61,047 nt of DNA, filler included, from Sphacelaria rigidula (GCA_964200075.2; 7 parts of 7 records of this genome joined end to end with filler, not necessarily neighbours in it), one strand, 5' to 3'. Positions 12,493 to 25,590 are shown, counted from the first letter of the whole stretch. Translations and numbers: made by a program. The notes: generated by a model from the letters alone, not told the origin.

Positions 12493-12833
12493 ACCCGGTG
12501 GCTCAGTTAGTAACCTCGAAACCATTGGGACGTGGCTTCAAAACTCGGCGCAGTCACACTATCTGGGGTTTTCTCTCACATATGCCCAGCAGTGCAGAGC
12601 GACGTTGTCGCGGGTACACGAAGTTGGACTTCACGGTCGACGAAGGAAAGGGATCACTGAACCCTTCTCGCGATAAAACGAAAGGCAAGCACCGCAGAAG
12701 GAAGATAGGATATTAAATACAAAAAAAAAAAAATCCGGTCCGCTAAGCTTCCTCCTGTGTGAACCCGGCCGATGCGCCCACGTATACCGAAAGGTGTAGA
12801 CTGGCGTGCAGAATTGATGGGATGACAACACAC
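12493..12833 (+). mobile_element. tRNA-derived SINE
   Basis: A-box-like TGGCTCAGTTAG and degenerate B-box GGCTTCAAAACTC head; body homologous to 36683-37034 (reverse) and tail to 26050-26107 (reverse); ends gggatgacaacacac. Confidence 0.8.
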
Positions 12834-13683
12834 TGTTGTTTCTTCACCTTTCTTCAGCCAGTGCTGCAGTTTTATTTTGTCTCGGGTACGTATGACCACG
12901 GCTGGGATCCCTGGGGAATCAATTGAAGTGCGACAATCAATTCAATTCAATAAAAAAATCCGGTCAATTTCGGAAGGGCACGGAGCACATTCCCGGGTTT
13001 ATTTACTGAATTCGTATTGAATCCGTCGAATACGGAGCGAAGCGCATCTCTATCGTCCACTTGCATGTACTGTTGTACTGACCCAAGCCGGAGTCCACCG
13101 GCTCGATAATCCGGCGGGAGAAACTAGAACAAATGCACCAACAATCGTGTCTAGTAACCAGGTTCAGCGTTCCGAGGGCGCCCACACAAGGGACGAGTGA
13201 TCACGGCTATCACATGCTTATCCCGATCAAGGGGTGCTCAAGACGCTTACTCGCAGCGTGCATGGGCTAAGCATTCATTCATTCGTCCCTGGGGTGATAC
13301 ACAATGTAAAAACAGTTATAGCAGTTAGTATTTGCGGTGAATCACTTCCCTGCAGACACGTGTCACTGTCGACCTCTCACAGACGAGCATTCCGCTTTGA
13401 CTTGATTTTAGACTGCATATGTTTCGCCGAGACCTCCCAGGAGACTTCGCTTGTATATTTCGCTGGATTATGAGGTGCGTTTTGTTCTGTTCGGGTTCAG
13501 AGTACATTTTTTTGCCCGCGCTGTCTTCTGCATGGCGTGATGGCGTTGCGATGCGTTCCGTCTGATGCATTTCCTCTCTCAACGTCTCGATTGACCCCTC
13601 GACTGCCGGAGGTGTCACCTCTCGACCGCACACAGGCCATATTCATCTGTGGAACCCGCACCGCTTTCACTTGAAAATTGAAT

Positions 13684-14804
13684 CGGCATCATGTTCAGTT
13701 GAATCGGCACGTATGAAACGGCAGCGTGCCATCGTCCTCCACTGGATCCTCGGGGCAGGGCTGGCAACACTCGATCGTGTCGTGATCTTGCACGCACGTT
13801 TCATCATCTCGACTACACTGCCTAATTTTTACTGCCTCTGTACTGCTGCTCGAGCTGCTGCTACTCCACCATACATGCGATTTTGCTATCATGAGGGGAT
13901 GAAAACAGCGGTTTCAACTATTTCAAATTTGAGTGGGCATCATTCCGAAATTGAACTGGAATCATTTTCGCATAGTTTTTCCTTGAATTCTGAACACATT
14001 TGTGCCATGTCACGCACAACGTGCTAACCTGGTGAGCAGCCACGTCTTCTTCTTCAAACTATAACCTGTGCCAGTACGCAACGCACACAACCATCACCGG
14101 TTTGCGCGGGTCTCACACAAATCATCGCTCCTCATCGGATTCTGAACAAATGCATAAAAGGCTGCGCACAGATCAGCTGATGAGCAACTACGGCTCGAGT
14201 TGCGTTTTTTTGGTTGCGGGGGCAATGAGTTTCCCGGGTTCACCTCTGACCGTGTTGGGTTGGTCATGTCATGTGTCAAGCCTTTGCATGCGCCCCTGTC
14301 AACGGGACGCCGATGTTCCTCTTGGGGCTAAAAACGAGGCCAAAATATTCATTTTTGGAACGGGATTGGCATCATGTTCAGTCGAGAATCGGAAACGGTA
14401 TGAAACAGCAGCGCGCCATCCTTCTCCACTGAACTCTCGGGGCAGGGCTGGAACACCTCGAGCGTGTTGTGATCTTGTATGCATGTCGCATCGTCTCGAC
14501 TGAACTTGCTTTTTCTCCCTCTGGACTGCTGCTGTAGCTGCTGCTGCTACTCCACCGTATGCGCGATTTTTTACCATCATCAGGCGTTGAATACAACGGT
14601 CTTGACTGTTTTAAACTTGAGTCGGCATCATTCCAAAGTTTAATCGGCATTATTTATGTTCGGATCGTTTCGCATTGCTCTGAATAGATTCGTGCGAGGT
14701 CACACACAACGTGCTCAGCTAGTGACCAGCTTCGGCTTTTTCTTCAAACTATCACCTGTGCCATTGCACAACGCACGCAACCACCGCCGGTGTTCATGCG
14801 TCTC
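13684..14804. repeat. Diverged direct duplication of about 430 bp (13684-14114 and 14368-14804)
   Basis: Shared blocks ggcatcatgttcagt, gtatgaaac.gcagcg.gccatc, gctgctgctactccacc, ttcttcaaactat.acctgtgcca. Confidence 0.85.
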
Positions 14805-14943
14805 GGCTTCCCATCCACTGAGCGTGGCGAAGCCCTTGTACATGTATCAATTTGATTTAATTTACCTCGTTGGCACACTTTTCATCCCCTTCCCTTCCTC
14901 GGGACAAGTCCGTCGTCTCATGGGATCAACCTACACCATGGAC

Positions 14944-15093
14944 AATATATAGTCAATAAATGCAGTAGACAAAATATGCACTGGATAAATTACAGGCATA
15001 TTGCAACTGTTGACGGCCGACAATAGTTGCAATAGGCCTATACTTTACCCAGTACACGTCTTGTCTATTGCATCTATTGACCATACATTGTCA
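14944..15093. mobile_element. Foldback palindrome, family B copy 1
   Basis: Arms centred on cggccg; homologous to 45637-45814. Confidence 0.75.
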
Positions 15094-16154
15094 TTATCCA
15101 GAGTGTGGATCAGTGCACCTCTTCGCAGGTGTATACACGATACTTCAACTATATAGCGTTGTGTATTCATGTATACATAGCTCAAGATATGTATATTTAC
15201 TCACCCCGTTGTCGAGTGGCATCTGCCAGTATTTGCGCGCCCCTCTCAACTCCATGGCTAAAAGCACCCTGCCCCAATCTTTCATCTCGTCATCCCCCAG
15301 TGCCATGCCTAGCAGATACACCGCGTAGTAGGCGTTTATGCTCTCCGACACGCTCTCTTGCGATTTTCCGTTTGCCTGGACGAATAGGCCCGACGTCCAG
15401 CTATGCCCCGCGTAGAAATCCTGTTATCGTTCAATCCGAGTTGAGTCGAGTTGAGTTAAGCTGAGCTGTATTGTTGCTGCGTGTGTCTTACTCCTTATTT
15501 CGCAGCGACGAAAACACAATGAAAGTACAGCAGTCATTTGTTGCTTCCCTCAGTCGTTTGACCGTTGACCACGCATCCCTTTCGAGACGGAGCACCGTTT
15601 CAACTCCTAATGGATACACCTCCGGCGTTTGGGCGCTCACTGCGTTTCTTCCATACATGACACAAGTACCATTTACATATATCATCCCCTCCCTGTTTCG
15701 CCGTCTGTGGCCACCATCTCCTAGTTTCATAAGTCGTTTTTGGATGAGATAGAGGGCTCCCAACATTTCGAACCGCAGGAAATACGTGTGCGTGCACGCC
15801 TCCCGGAGCACCACTCCCAGATAAGTGGACTCATCTCTTCGAGATATTCCAGCAAACGGGGTCTCATTGAGGTGCAAGGCCTTGTTCATACAGAAATAGA
15901 TGTTTTCTTCTCTTTGATCGCCCGTGGTGGTACGGTGTCTCTTATATCAGTGGCAACGTAGCGATCATCAGTGCAGTGGCAAAAAAAAAAAAACGATCAT
16001 CCACTCCGTACGAATAATAACGCACAGCAAAGAACAGTCAACACTCGGCATTTCTTTCGTTTTCACGGGACGTGCACATGTACAGTACAGGGTAACGTGT
16101 ACATGTTCAGATGATCTACTACTCACAATCGCGTTATTGTTTTCAAGAGTGTCT

Positions 16155-16374
16155 TGGGTATAGGGTAAAAACCCCGGTATTCACCCTCCGAAATTTTGTG
16201 TTGCGATTGTCTGATCTCCTACATTTTGTATTGGTAAATTAGGTATGATCGCACGACTTTACCCAATATCTGGGTATCGTTGAGTGTAATCTCAATATTC
16301 TACCCAAGCTTTGGGTATTTGCAAAAAATTCGAAATACCCAAATGTAGGAAAATACTCTACCCAACATACCCCA
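16155..16374. mobile_element. Degenerate MITE
   Basis: Ends gggtatagggta / tacccaacataccc with repeated tacccaa / ttgggta motifs. Confidence 0.55.
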
Positions 16375-16549
16375 TATTTAGCTCTTCACTGTCGGGTGGG
16401 AATGTTGGGCTCAACCTCCACTAGCTCGAACGGTCGCTTGCTGCACCGGACCTTATGGCGTCAGTATCATTTCTTGTGTTTTATCGCGTCTGTGCTAATT
16501 CTTCTGGGTCCTATTTTGGTTTTGATTTTGATTCCCTTACACCTCATTT

Positions 16550-16665
16550 TGGGTAGTTAGCCTGTGACCGCGGAAGGCGTCCGCAGATGCCCAGTACTTA
16601 CGTAGAAGTACTGCGCAGATATCGGAACGGCTATATTGATGTGCAGTCGATGACAACAGCAACCG
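16550..16665 (+). repeat. Short retroposon 3'-tail repeat ending in (CAA)n
   Basis: gggtagt.a.cctgtgacc.cggaaggcgtcc...cagatgcccagtac...gcgcagatatcggaacgg recurs at 41866-41980, followed by caa repeats. Confidence 0.75.
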
Positions 16666-16984
16666 AGTGTGTTCTCAACGAAAAATAACCAATGAACTAC
16701 CGGTTGGTCATTTGTCGGACATGAGCGGGTTAGCTGCGAATCTAGCTGTGATTGTGGTGAGAAGATAAAATAGCCATATATTTTTGCTTGCTCTCACTTC
16801 TAAGTCCTACCCTTCCTCGGGAAAAGTCCGTGGTGTCAATGGATCAACCCATGCCTTGTAATGTTGAAGGTGGCTCTATTACGAGTAGGAACGGTGCTCT
16901 GTCTCGAGAGGGATGCGTGGTCAATGGTCAAACGACGAAGACAAGCAACAAATGAGTACGGCCCCCCGGTACAGAGATAGAGTA

Positions 16985-17372
16985 CTAAAGCCAGAGGCGC
17001 AATGGACATGGACGAGGAAGTACAAAGGAAAGAGAGAATGCTCCGTTTACGACTATATAGTAGTGGAGCATGGAAATAGTAAACGAATGCAAGTACATGT
17101 ATGCGCGGAGGACGTGGGAACTACAGATCACTGCCTAATACGGACAGAAAGCCAACAAAAAAAAATTAGGCGGGGTAGGAAGTTGTACAGATGGAGAATC
17201 GATAAACTAGATGTGGAAGAAAAACGGCAAGAAATCCAAGAAGGGATGGCCCAGAAGGCAGTGAAATTTTCCGAGCTGTTGGAACGCGTAGATACAGTTG
17301 ATACCGAAATGGAGAGAAATCGGGCAGGAGCGAAGATTGTAGAAGGATGGGAGCAACTGGTCAAGAACACAG
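16985..17372 (+). pseudogene. LINE ORF2 APE-type endonuclease C-terminal fragment
   Basis: WTWTR...SVYDYIVV...GTTDHCLI correspond to the TW..S.IDY..SDH motifs of non-LTR endonucleases; runs into a gap. Confidence 0.75.
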
Positions 17373-18984
17373 NNNNNNNNNNNNNNNNNNNNNNNNNNNN
17401 NNNNNNNNNNNNNNNNTTAATTAATTAANNNNNNNNNNNNNNNNNNNNNNNNNNNNNNNNNNNNNNNNNNNNAATTGACCGCTTTTCACTCTCAATCGTA
17501 TCATCCACTCTCAATCTCACGAAAACACTGTTACCTGTAGCAGCGAAAACACGGTGGTACGACGCACCAACCATCAAAAGCGAAGAACGTACAAAACAGA
17601 GAGATCTCACGGACGAGAACATGTACTTCTTGCAGAGGCTACACCCGGAAAATTAAAAAGAAAATTCGTCGTGACTCTTCCATAATAAGCAAGAGGGGGA
17701 AACCAATAAAACATAAGAGACATCACAAGTAATGAATCATGTTCAACTCTTGGAGCGCCTGGAGATGAAATCCGATGTCCAACAGGCGCCATTAAAGAAG
17801 TAAGAAACGACCCCGATCGATATCGGATGAGTTCTACCTCAACATGTGTCGCTCGAGGTGGAAGCTGAAACATGTACGGTGCGAGCCGTGTGTCTTCCCG
17901 CTAGCTGTAAGCCGACAATACCGGTACTCCCGACACAAAGAACTACTGACGTACCCGAGCGCAGTTCGGCGCAAAGGACGGTCCCTGTGGGTGTTTCGCC
18001 TACCACGCCCGTTAACGCCGCAATAACGAAAACCCTAGGTCAATTTCTTGCAATAGCCGAAACACTTTTGTCGGGAACGGCCTTCTGTTCGTGAGAAAGC
18101 ACAGCGACGTACGTTGTTCGTCGGCGAGCCGACATATTTGGTGGAGTCGAATTGATAAGGCACTATTTGAAGCTTAGTACAGTATTGCCGGTTTCAGCGT
18201 GGGGGGGGAGGGGGAGCGGGCGTACTAATTTATTGCTTGCCTTAGTTGTTTGGTCATTGACGAAACCGGGGAGGGGGTGGGCTACTCCTCTATTGCTGTT
18301 GTAGTTATGATCATGGCGCTCAAGGGCGATCTCGCTTTCACGCAGAGCAACCCTCCGAGCATCGCCGACAGTGTTATAGTCGCGGCGCACATCTTCGTAT
18401 GTGTAACGAAACGACTTCACGGCACACGAGCGGGTGCACGGTGAATGGCGAGTGTGTCAAACGATGCGCGGAGCTGTCTGCCTGCGGCGATCGCTTCCTT
18501 TCACGCAAATTTCAACAATACCCATTGCGGGCTGCCTCTACTAGTGTCTGGCAGTGAACTAAGGTGGATCTCAGGCCAGCTGCTGAAACGTGCCGTCGTG
18601 AGCACGAGGGGCGCTTTCCCTGTAACAGTGTGAAAGTATAAATAGATCCTCAAAGAGGAATGGAAGGTAGGGGATCGTAAATAACGCATTGGAATCGAGC
18701 CGCAGGAAAAGTGAACGTGCGCAAAACCTAGAAAGACATTGCAGTAGCGCACGCATTGAAAACAGGCCGCGGAGAACGGGCACAAACAACCCTGGAAGAC
18801 CATGCGAAATCACGCTTTGAATAAAAACGATATTTGGTCATTGAATTTCGCGTAAGCGGCCAGTAACTGGCGGGAACCGAGGGAAAAGAAGGGCATGTGG
18901 CGAGGAAATTTCGCTGAGAGCGCCGACAGGGCAGCAGTTGTCGTGAACAGTGGCTGAAGTTTTTCTCGAAAAAATGTAATTTTG

Positions 18985-19530
18985 GGAAAACGCTAACGCT
19001 AACCCTAACACTAAGCCAAGGTACACCGAACCCTCGGGCAATGGGGGTGCAAAGGATGCTCTAGGCAAGGTGTGCGTTGGCAGACATCATATAGACGTCG
19101 TAGGGTCCAATAAGAACAACAACCCGTTCTGCGCAAGCTAGGAGCACGTGGGACTGTCAGCCTCACTGAAACCCCGAATATCGGTGTTCTCGCTGAAGTC
19201 AAATAATAAAAGTTGTCAACCATTTGTTACGACAAATGCGTGAGCTCTACTGAAAATTCGAGCTCAGTAGTCCATTCCGTTGTATGGCTTTTGAAGTAGC
19301 GTCCTCCGAAATTCGTGGTTTTGAAGTAACGCTAAGCCTAACACTGAACCCAACCTAAGGAAAACCGCCCACCCTCGGATAAGGCGGTGCAGAGGGCGCT
19401 CTAGGCAAAGTGCGCTTTGGTAGACCTCAACATCGGCGCCGTTTTTGACGAAAGAATATTCTGCGCACGCTAGGAGCACTTGGAACTGTCAGCTCCATTA
19501 AGATGCAAATATCGCAGCTCACACTCAAAT
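18985..19530. repeat. Tandem duplication (about 340-bp period) with telomere-like CTAACCCTAA motifs
   Basis: aacgctaa..ctaacact...ccctcgg...gctctaggcaa.gtg...gctaggagcac..gg.actgtcagc appears at about 18990 and about 19328. Confidence 0.75.
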
Positions 19531-20051
19531 CAAGCTGTAGCATTCCCGCATAGTTCTTGAAAGAGTTACATTACGTAGTGGCAAAATCTACTGAAAGATT
19601 TAGTGTCTAGAGCGCTGACAGAGCAGCATTGCGAAAAATTGCGGGAATCTTCGAAGTGCTGAAGAAACGGCTGAAATATCCCGACACATGCTGCGCAGGG
19701 AAGAGAAACACAAAAACAAAAGATTCAAGGCTTGTTCACGCTCATCATCCAGAATTCAGTCATGACCCAGAATTCAATAATGACCCAAAATTCAGCCATC
19801 CGCACGAAACTTCACGCCGTTTTTTGGGGTTGATTTCTGAAACTTTGCACGCGTATTTCCGAGGTCATTTAGGAGCTTCTAAAGGATCATGTCTTTTGAA
19901 ATCAAATCACCAGTTATCGGGGCTCGCAGGGTCCTGGAGGATCACATGCTCTTCTGGGACTCCTGAGAACCTGTGAAAACAAAAATCAAACCAAATTTGT
20001 TCGAAGTTCGTAAATGACCTAAAACACACGTGTGCAAAGTTTTAGAGAGCA

Positions 20052-20367
20052 ATGCTACGGTAGGGGTGCACTTTTCTCGCGAAATTTTGTCTGGTTCAGG
20101 GGCTCCTAACGATTCTAGACGCAGAAGAATATGGATCAGGGCATCCCCGTTTGTTTGCAGATTTATTCGGGATATCCTCAGCACATTGGAATAGTAATCC
20201 TGGCGTACTCTCGCATATTTCCATAAGTCGTGTTTTGGATGAGATGAAGGGCTCCTAACAATGTTAATAACCTTAGAAAATATTTGTGTACCTCAGAAAA
20301 CGGAATGAAGATTTTCCCCTTGTGCGTTGAAGTGAGCTGAGCAGGTACAAACTAACTCCTACCGTAA
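20052..20367. mobile_element. MITE family C, copy with disrupted right TIR
   Basis: Homologous to 33263-33509; about 60 bp inserted inside the right TIR; a further fragment at 15728-15795. Confidence 0.8.
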
Positions 20368-22744
20368 CTACTCGATTTTTATGTCAAAACCGACCTTTGA
20401 GGTACTTTAACGTGAAAACAACTCCATTGCATCAGTTTTCAGGTTACGCAACGAAACTTTCTGCAAATACGAAACTTTCTGCAAATATTCCTTGGGTTAC
20501 CCCGGCGCGTACCTTCCTTTCTTAGGTATTCTGCACCGACTTCCGGGGTTGCCGGCGTGAGGACCCCCGGAAGCCGGTAAGGAGAAGAGAAATGTTTCAA
20601 TATTTCAATGTATTTTTCTGTTTGACTCGACAATACCTACCAAACTGCCGAGTTTGAAGGCCATCTGAGCTCTCTACGACAGATGAAATAGAAGCCGTCA
20701 GGAGGGTTTCTGGGTCTCCCGTGCATATCATCAGTGGAAATCGGACGACACCAAAACACCACATCACCGATATAACACGGTTTGGGGCACAATTCGATTC
20801 CATAGTAACCGCTTTCAAATGTGTTATTTGCGTCAGATTCCCGAGCTTATGGTATCTACTACGGCATGAAGCATGTGGAGATTCGATGGAAATTGTGCTG
20901 GGACTTCGAGGTTTTAATTTCAGAACTGTTTGAAGGACGCTGATTGGTCAAGGTGCATCTCCCTCCTTGGCGACGCCGCTATGGCCTTGAACAAAGATCC
21001 GGCAATGTCGCCCTCTTCAGTTGCCCATGGCGGTCAGTAAAATACCATGCATGTGACTAGTTGGTAGGTTCTGCGAGAGGCGTTTGCTGACTATCAAGAG
21101 TAAATTTGGGGTGATACACGTGAACAAGCCTACTGTGTACACCGTCGTTTAGTTCTGCTTGTACCTGGGAGGCGTTGTTGTCAATCTTATGCTCCAAACG
21201 ATCCAACCCTCCACATAGCGCCTTCAGCACATGACTGATCGAAGACGCATTGGCGGTGAGCTTCTCCAGGTGCCCCTGCGGTCGTAGGTTGGACACATTG
21301 ACGCCGCAATATGTGAAAATCCATTGTGACGTCTTGCTGCATCTCCATGCAGGAATATGGCACATGGCATCTTGCCTTACTTCATCATGCACGCGAGGAG
21401 GCACATATTGGACACGGCTCACAGTGTCTCCAGAAATCACCCAGGGAGCCAGGACAAATCGTGCTCCAGGGTATGCATCCATACTAAGATTTTGAGCGAA
21501 GCCCTCGGAGTTTTCCGTGAATTGTTTCACAAAGGTAGGGAATACGACTCTGTACGCCTCTCAACGTGCTCTCGGCGAGCTAACCTGCAAAGTTGCGGCG
21601 AAACCACTGCTCTGTTTCGTGGACAGTGCCTTGGGGAAGCCCGGAATGTCGATTTCTTCCGAAGATTCTGGGCCATCGCCACTGCTACTACCAGGAGGAC
21701 CCATGTGCGCTATTACAGACGACATGCCCACGGCTATTCCTAGGAGTCACGCTCACTCGCGGGGATGAATGTGCGCCGTGCGTGTGTCCCCATTGATGGC
21801 AAAGATTTGGGTACGGTACGTACATGTAAGCTGCGGCGGGCGTTCTCACGGTAACAAAAGATACGACACATGCTACACATGTTTCCCGCCAGACGGTTTC
21901 AGAACGTGGTATAATAGTTGCGAGAACGTGCGGACAAGATATATAATATGGTGCAATACAACGGTACATCATCTTGCTGTGTTACGGAATAAATAGCCTG
22001 AGGTAGTTGACAAACAAGCTTCAAGCTTGCTGTAATGCTTCGTTTCGCTTTTTTATGCCGTCGTCTCACACATCATAAAACATGTCGAATGACATAAAAA
22101 ATGCAAAATAGTGATGTCGTCAAATAATGCGAAATCTCGCCAGTGTCAGAGCAAAAAAGTCCCACTTTCCCCCGTCTAAACAGCCCAAACAACGATAGCA
22201 CTAAGGTTGCAAATACTGGTATCATGACATGTGGTTAAGAGAGGGGTCCTCGTGCTATACAGTACAGTAGATCTTAGCAGCGTATTAATTGTAGCACAGC
22301 GGGGGCCTCGATGACGGCGAAAATCAACGTTGGGTTGCGTATCACCCCGGGCGATGTACCCTGTCACCGACGGATCCAGTGCCAATACGGCGAAGTTTTT
22401 CACTCATAACATTTTCAGGGCAGTAGGTAATACAGCATTTCGATAATAGTGCAGCCTATTGCCATTGCGCAGAGCGTTGTACCACTATTGCCCTCTCCAC
22501 TGTACTGTTGTACATTGCGGATAAACGGGAGGGAACACTGCACATGAGGCGAAAATGGCTGCAGCGGAAAATGACTGGGGGTATGCTGACATCGCTACGA
22601 TTGCTTTTGGCTGCAGTTCGCTCGCCAAGGTTATCAATAGCGTGTAGTTGCCACCCGTCAGTGCGCTGAATCACTTCCTTCAGCACCATAGAAGGACCCT
22701 AGTGGGTTCATCTCGCCGTTGCTGCTGCCAAGTAATCAGCCAAC

Positions 22745-23898
22745 ATGGCTGAATGGACACATCCACGGCGTGCATCGAAAGAAACCATATCGTACCTCAC
22801 CCAGATAGAGCCGGTGCTGGACCAGTTTGACGAGGCAGACGCTGCTGCCTACAGGGCTACAGGCGCCGGCGGCGACCGTAGCGACGACGAAGATGGTGAT
22901 GATGTCGGACGCGAGCAAATGCTGGATAATGTTCTCGAGGAAATTAAGCACCAGACCGCAAGTATCATGGAGGATCGTAAGGGCAGTGTCGTCGCGGAAA
23001 AGATAGCAAGGCGGTTAACACCCCTCCAGCTGCGACTGGTGCTCAGTCGTTGTCGCGGCTACATGCTCAGCTTGGCCAATAACCGCTACTCCTCGCACGT
23101 GCTGCAGACACTGTTGAGTTTTTCCGGTCAAGTCATCGAAGCTGAGATGTGTTCCCCGGCCCCTGGATATGTGATCGATACGCAAGGTGACCGCACAGCT
23201 GACGGTGACGCCCAGCATGAGGTCGACCTTCTTCAAGACATAGTGCTCTCTCTAGTATCCGAGCTGTCCGGCACCTGGTCCGAACTTGCTGGCGATATCA
23301 GCGGCAGCCACGTAGGACGCGCATTCTTGCAAGTGCTCGGTGGACTGCCTGTACTCTCGGAGCAACGTGGAAAACAGTCTCGTCACGCGCACTCGGTTGG
23401 CAGTGCAGTCGCTCCCCCCTCTCGCATCGGTAGCGAAGCAACAAGAGGCGTAGCGCCGCCTGGTGGAAAGCCGCCGCAGAATCCAATGGTTGACCCCGAA
23501 GCCTTGAACAAATGGTCGACGCCGCACAAGTACCGCGTCCCGGCGAAGTTCGTGGCTACATTGGAAGAGACTACGGCGGAGTTGATCAATCTTCCTGCTG
23601 GGGAGCTGCAGCATCAAGTGTGCGGGGTGTTCGGATGTCCGTTGCTAGTGATGCTCCTGAGAGTGCATGCCAACTTAACTGTAGACCCGGCCTCCGGGCG
23701 GTTGCCTTGCCTGCCCGAAGAGTCACCTGCTATGCTGCTCGTCACGAAGACCTTGGAGTGGGAGAATGCAGAGCGAGCCGCGGAGGTTGTATATGCCATG
23801 TCTGGCGAGAACACAGCTAGTCGGTTTTTGGAGGCTGTGCTGTGGCTTTCACCCCTGGCGTTTTTCAAGCAGCTCTACACGCGGTGCTTTAAGGATAG
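22745..23898 (+). CDS. NOP9: Nucleolar protein 9 (Pumilio/Puf-repeat 18S rRNA maturation factor), exon 1
   Basis: ATG in caacATGG context; ETISYLTQIE, MLDNVLEEI, GSVVAEK, NRYSSHVLQTLL, SGSHVGR and ASRFLEAVL are Nop9-type Puf motifs; donor AG|gtacta (phase 2). Confidence 0.88.
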
Positions 23899-24383
23899 GT
23901 ACTAGATTGCCTTGTTTCATGTTGTTATTTTTTCCTGATACTGCAAGTAGTGCCTCGAAGGAGCACCGTCATTTCGCTCGGTAAACGTGCACGTGTCGTT
24001 CCGTTGCAGCAAACAGTGTTCGCGCTCACTGGTGCAGAACCATTACAGTTGACCATGCAATCTGTTCATTTCACGCGGTGTATCTTGGCTTCAGTGTAAG
24101 AACCGAGAACCCCCACGTTTTCCCCATGACCGCAACCTCCCTCTCTCGGTACTGAAAGTTAAGACACCTTCGTTGACCCTACAACCTCCCCTTCGTTGTG
24201 GCCTCACTGAATGCGATCTTGAAGAGCTACGCAGATATCGTAACGTGACTGACTTGCTGCACCCACTGCAACGTGTTTAGTAGCCTGCTTGTGCACGTGT
24301 TAGGCCATTCGAACCACTCTAAACCCCCGCCCCCGACTTCATTCATTCCTATCCCCTTTCCCCCCTTCTCTCATGTGCACTAG

Positions 24384-25151
24384 ACTCCTTGAGTTTTGCG
24401 AGCACGGAGAATCGAACTTTTTGATCCAAGCAGCGCTACAGCGCGTGGATGATGCTGCACTGGCCAAGGAGATGATCTACGCTATCGGCGAGCACGCTCC
24501 CGCGCTTCTGGCCTGCGGTCGCGCGGGAGTTCTCTGGCGGGCCGCGCAGGCATGCGTCCGCTTGAGCCTCCAGGCCGAAACGGAGACCAAGCTCACGGAG
24601 GCAATTGGAACCGCCGCTGAGGCTGGGCATGGCGGAAAGCGGAATTCGCCTCCTCTGGTTGAGGGAGGGGGGGGGGAGGAGGGGGGGGGTGCAGAGGGTT
24701 CGGGAAAAGGTGGTGTGCAAGCTTCATCGTCGAGTGATCCTTTCACGGCGGCGCGTGTGTGGGTGCCTGCCTTGCTCGGCGCTCGTTTACCGGGGGAGGG
24801 CGGGCTGGAGCGATTATTTTTGAACGTTCCTGGGGCGCGGATATTGCAGAACGTTCTGCAGTTTGATCCGGCCGTGGCTGCCCCGGTGCTTAAGGCGGTA
24901 GCCACGTTGCCGGAGGCTGTTCTTACCGCCGTCGCGCGCGATAATTTGGGTAGTCGTTGTCTGTTAGATCCTATTTTAGATGCGAGGGGCAACAAGGGAG
25001 GAGGGAAAAGTAGTAAAAACAAACCGGCAGAGGGTGCGAGAAAGACGATTTTGCGGGCATTCAGGGGCCATTTGGTGGCGATGGCGTGCGATCGGGTAGC
25101 GTGGCATGTGCTGCTGAAGCTGTTCAGAGTCTCGGACATGAAAGACAAGAG
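24384..25151 (+). CDS. NOP9: NOP9 exon 2 (gene continues; later exon(s) not located)
   Basis: Polypyrimidine tract plus tag acceptor, phase-compatible with exon 1; SNFLIQAAL, GRAGVL, GARILQ, GSRCLLD and MACDRVAWHVL motifs; donor AG|gtgagt. Confidence 0.88.
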
Positions 25152-25175
25152 GTGAGTCTATTATGTCGTTATTTT

Positions 25176-25590
25176 CAGGGAGGGATACGTGACACACGTG
25201 ACACGTTTGAAAAAAACAGGGAAAACGTAACTTCAGCCCATTAAACGCTACGTAAGGTCTGATTTTTTGGACGGGACAAATGCAACGTAACGTGATGTAA
25301 CATGTGGACCTTGAAGTACTGTCTCTTGGTGTTTTCCAGATGTAAAAAGGGCTGTTTTTGTGAATTTTTAACGTGACACGTGACATATTCACGAAAACAA
25401 GCAGAGTTTTCGTCACATTTGGAGAGTAAAACGCAATGTTAGAGTTAATGCGAAGGACCACATGTTTCATCACGTTACGTTACATGTGTTCCATCCAAAA
25501 AATCAAATATTACGTTGCGTTAAATGACCTAACGCTACGTGTTTTCGAATATGTCGCATTAAAACGTCACGTGTCACGTATCCCTCCCTT
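25176..25590. mobile_element. hAT-like MITE in NOP9 intron 2
   Basis: TIR AGGGAGGGATACGTGACAC / GTGTCACGTATCCCTCCCT; flanks gttatttt / cttatatt resemble an 8-bp TSD (6/8 match). Confidence 0.85.

Noticed and set aside
24477..25148. 223-aa antisense ORF (also 30340-31297 and 59288-59755)
   Set aside because: Shadow frames of GC-rich coding sequence on the opposite strand.
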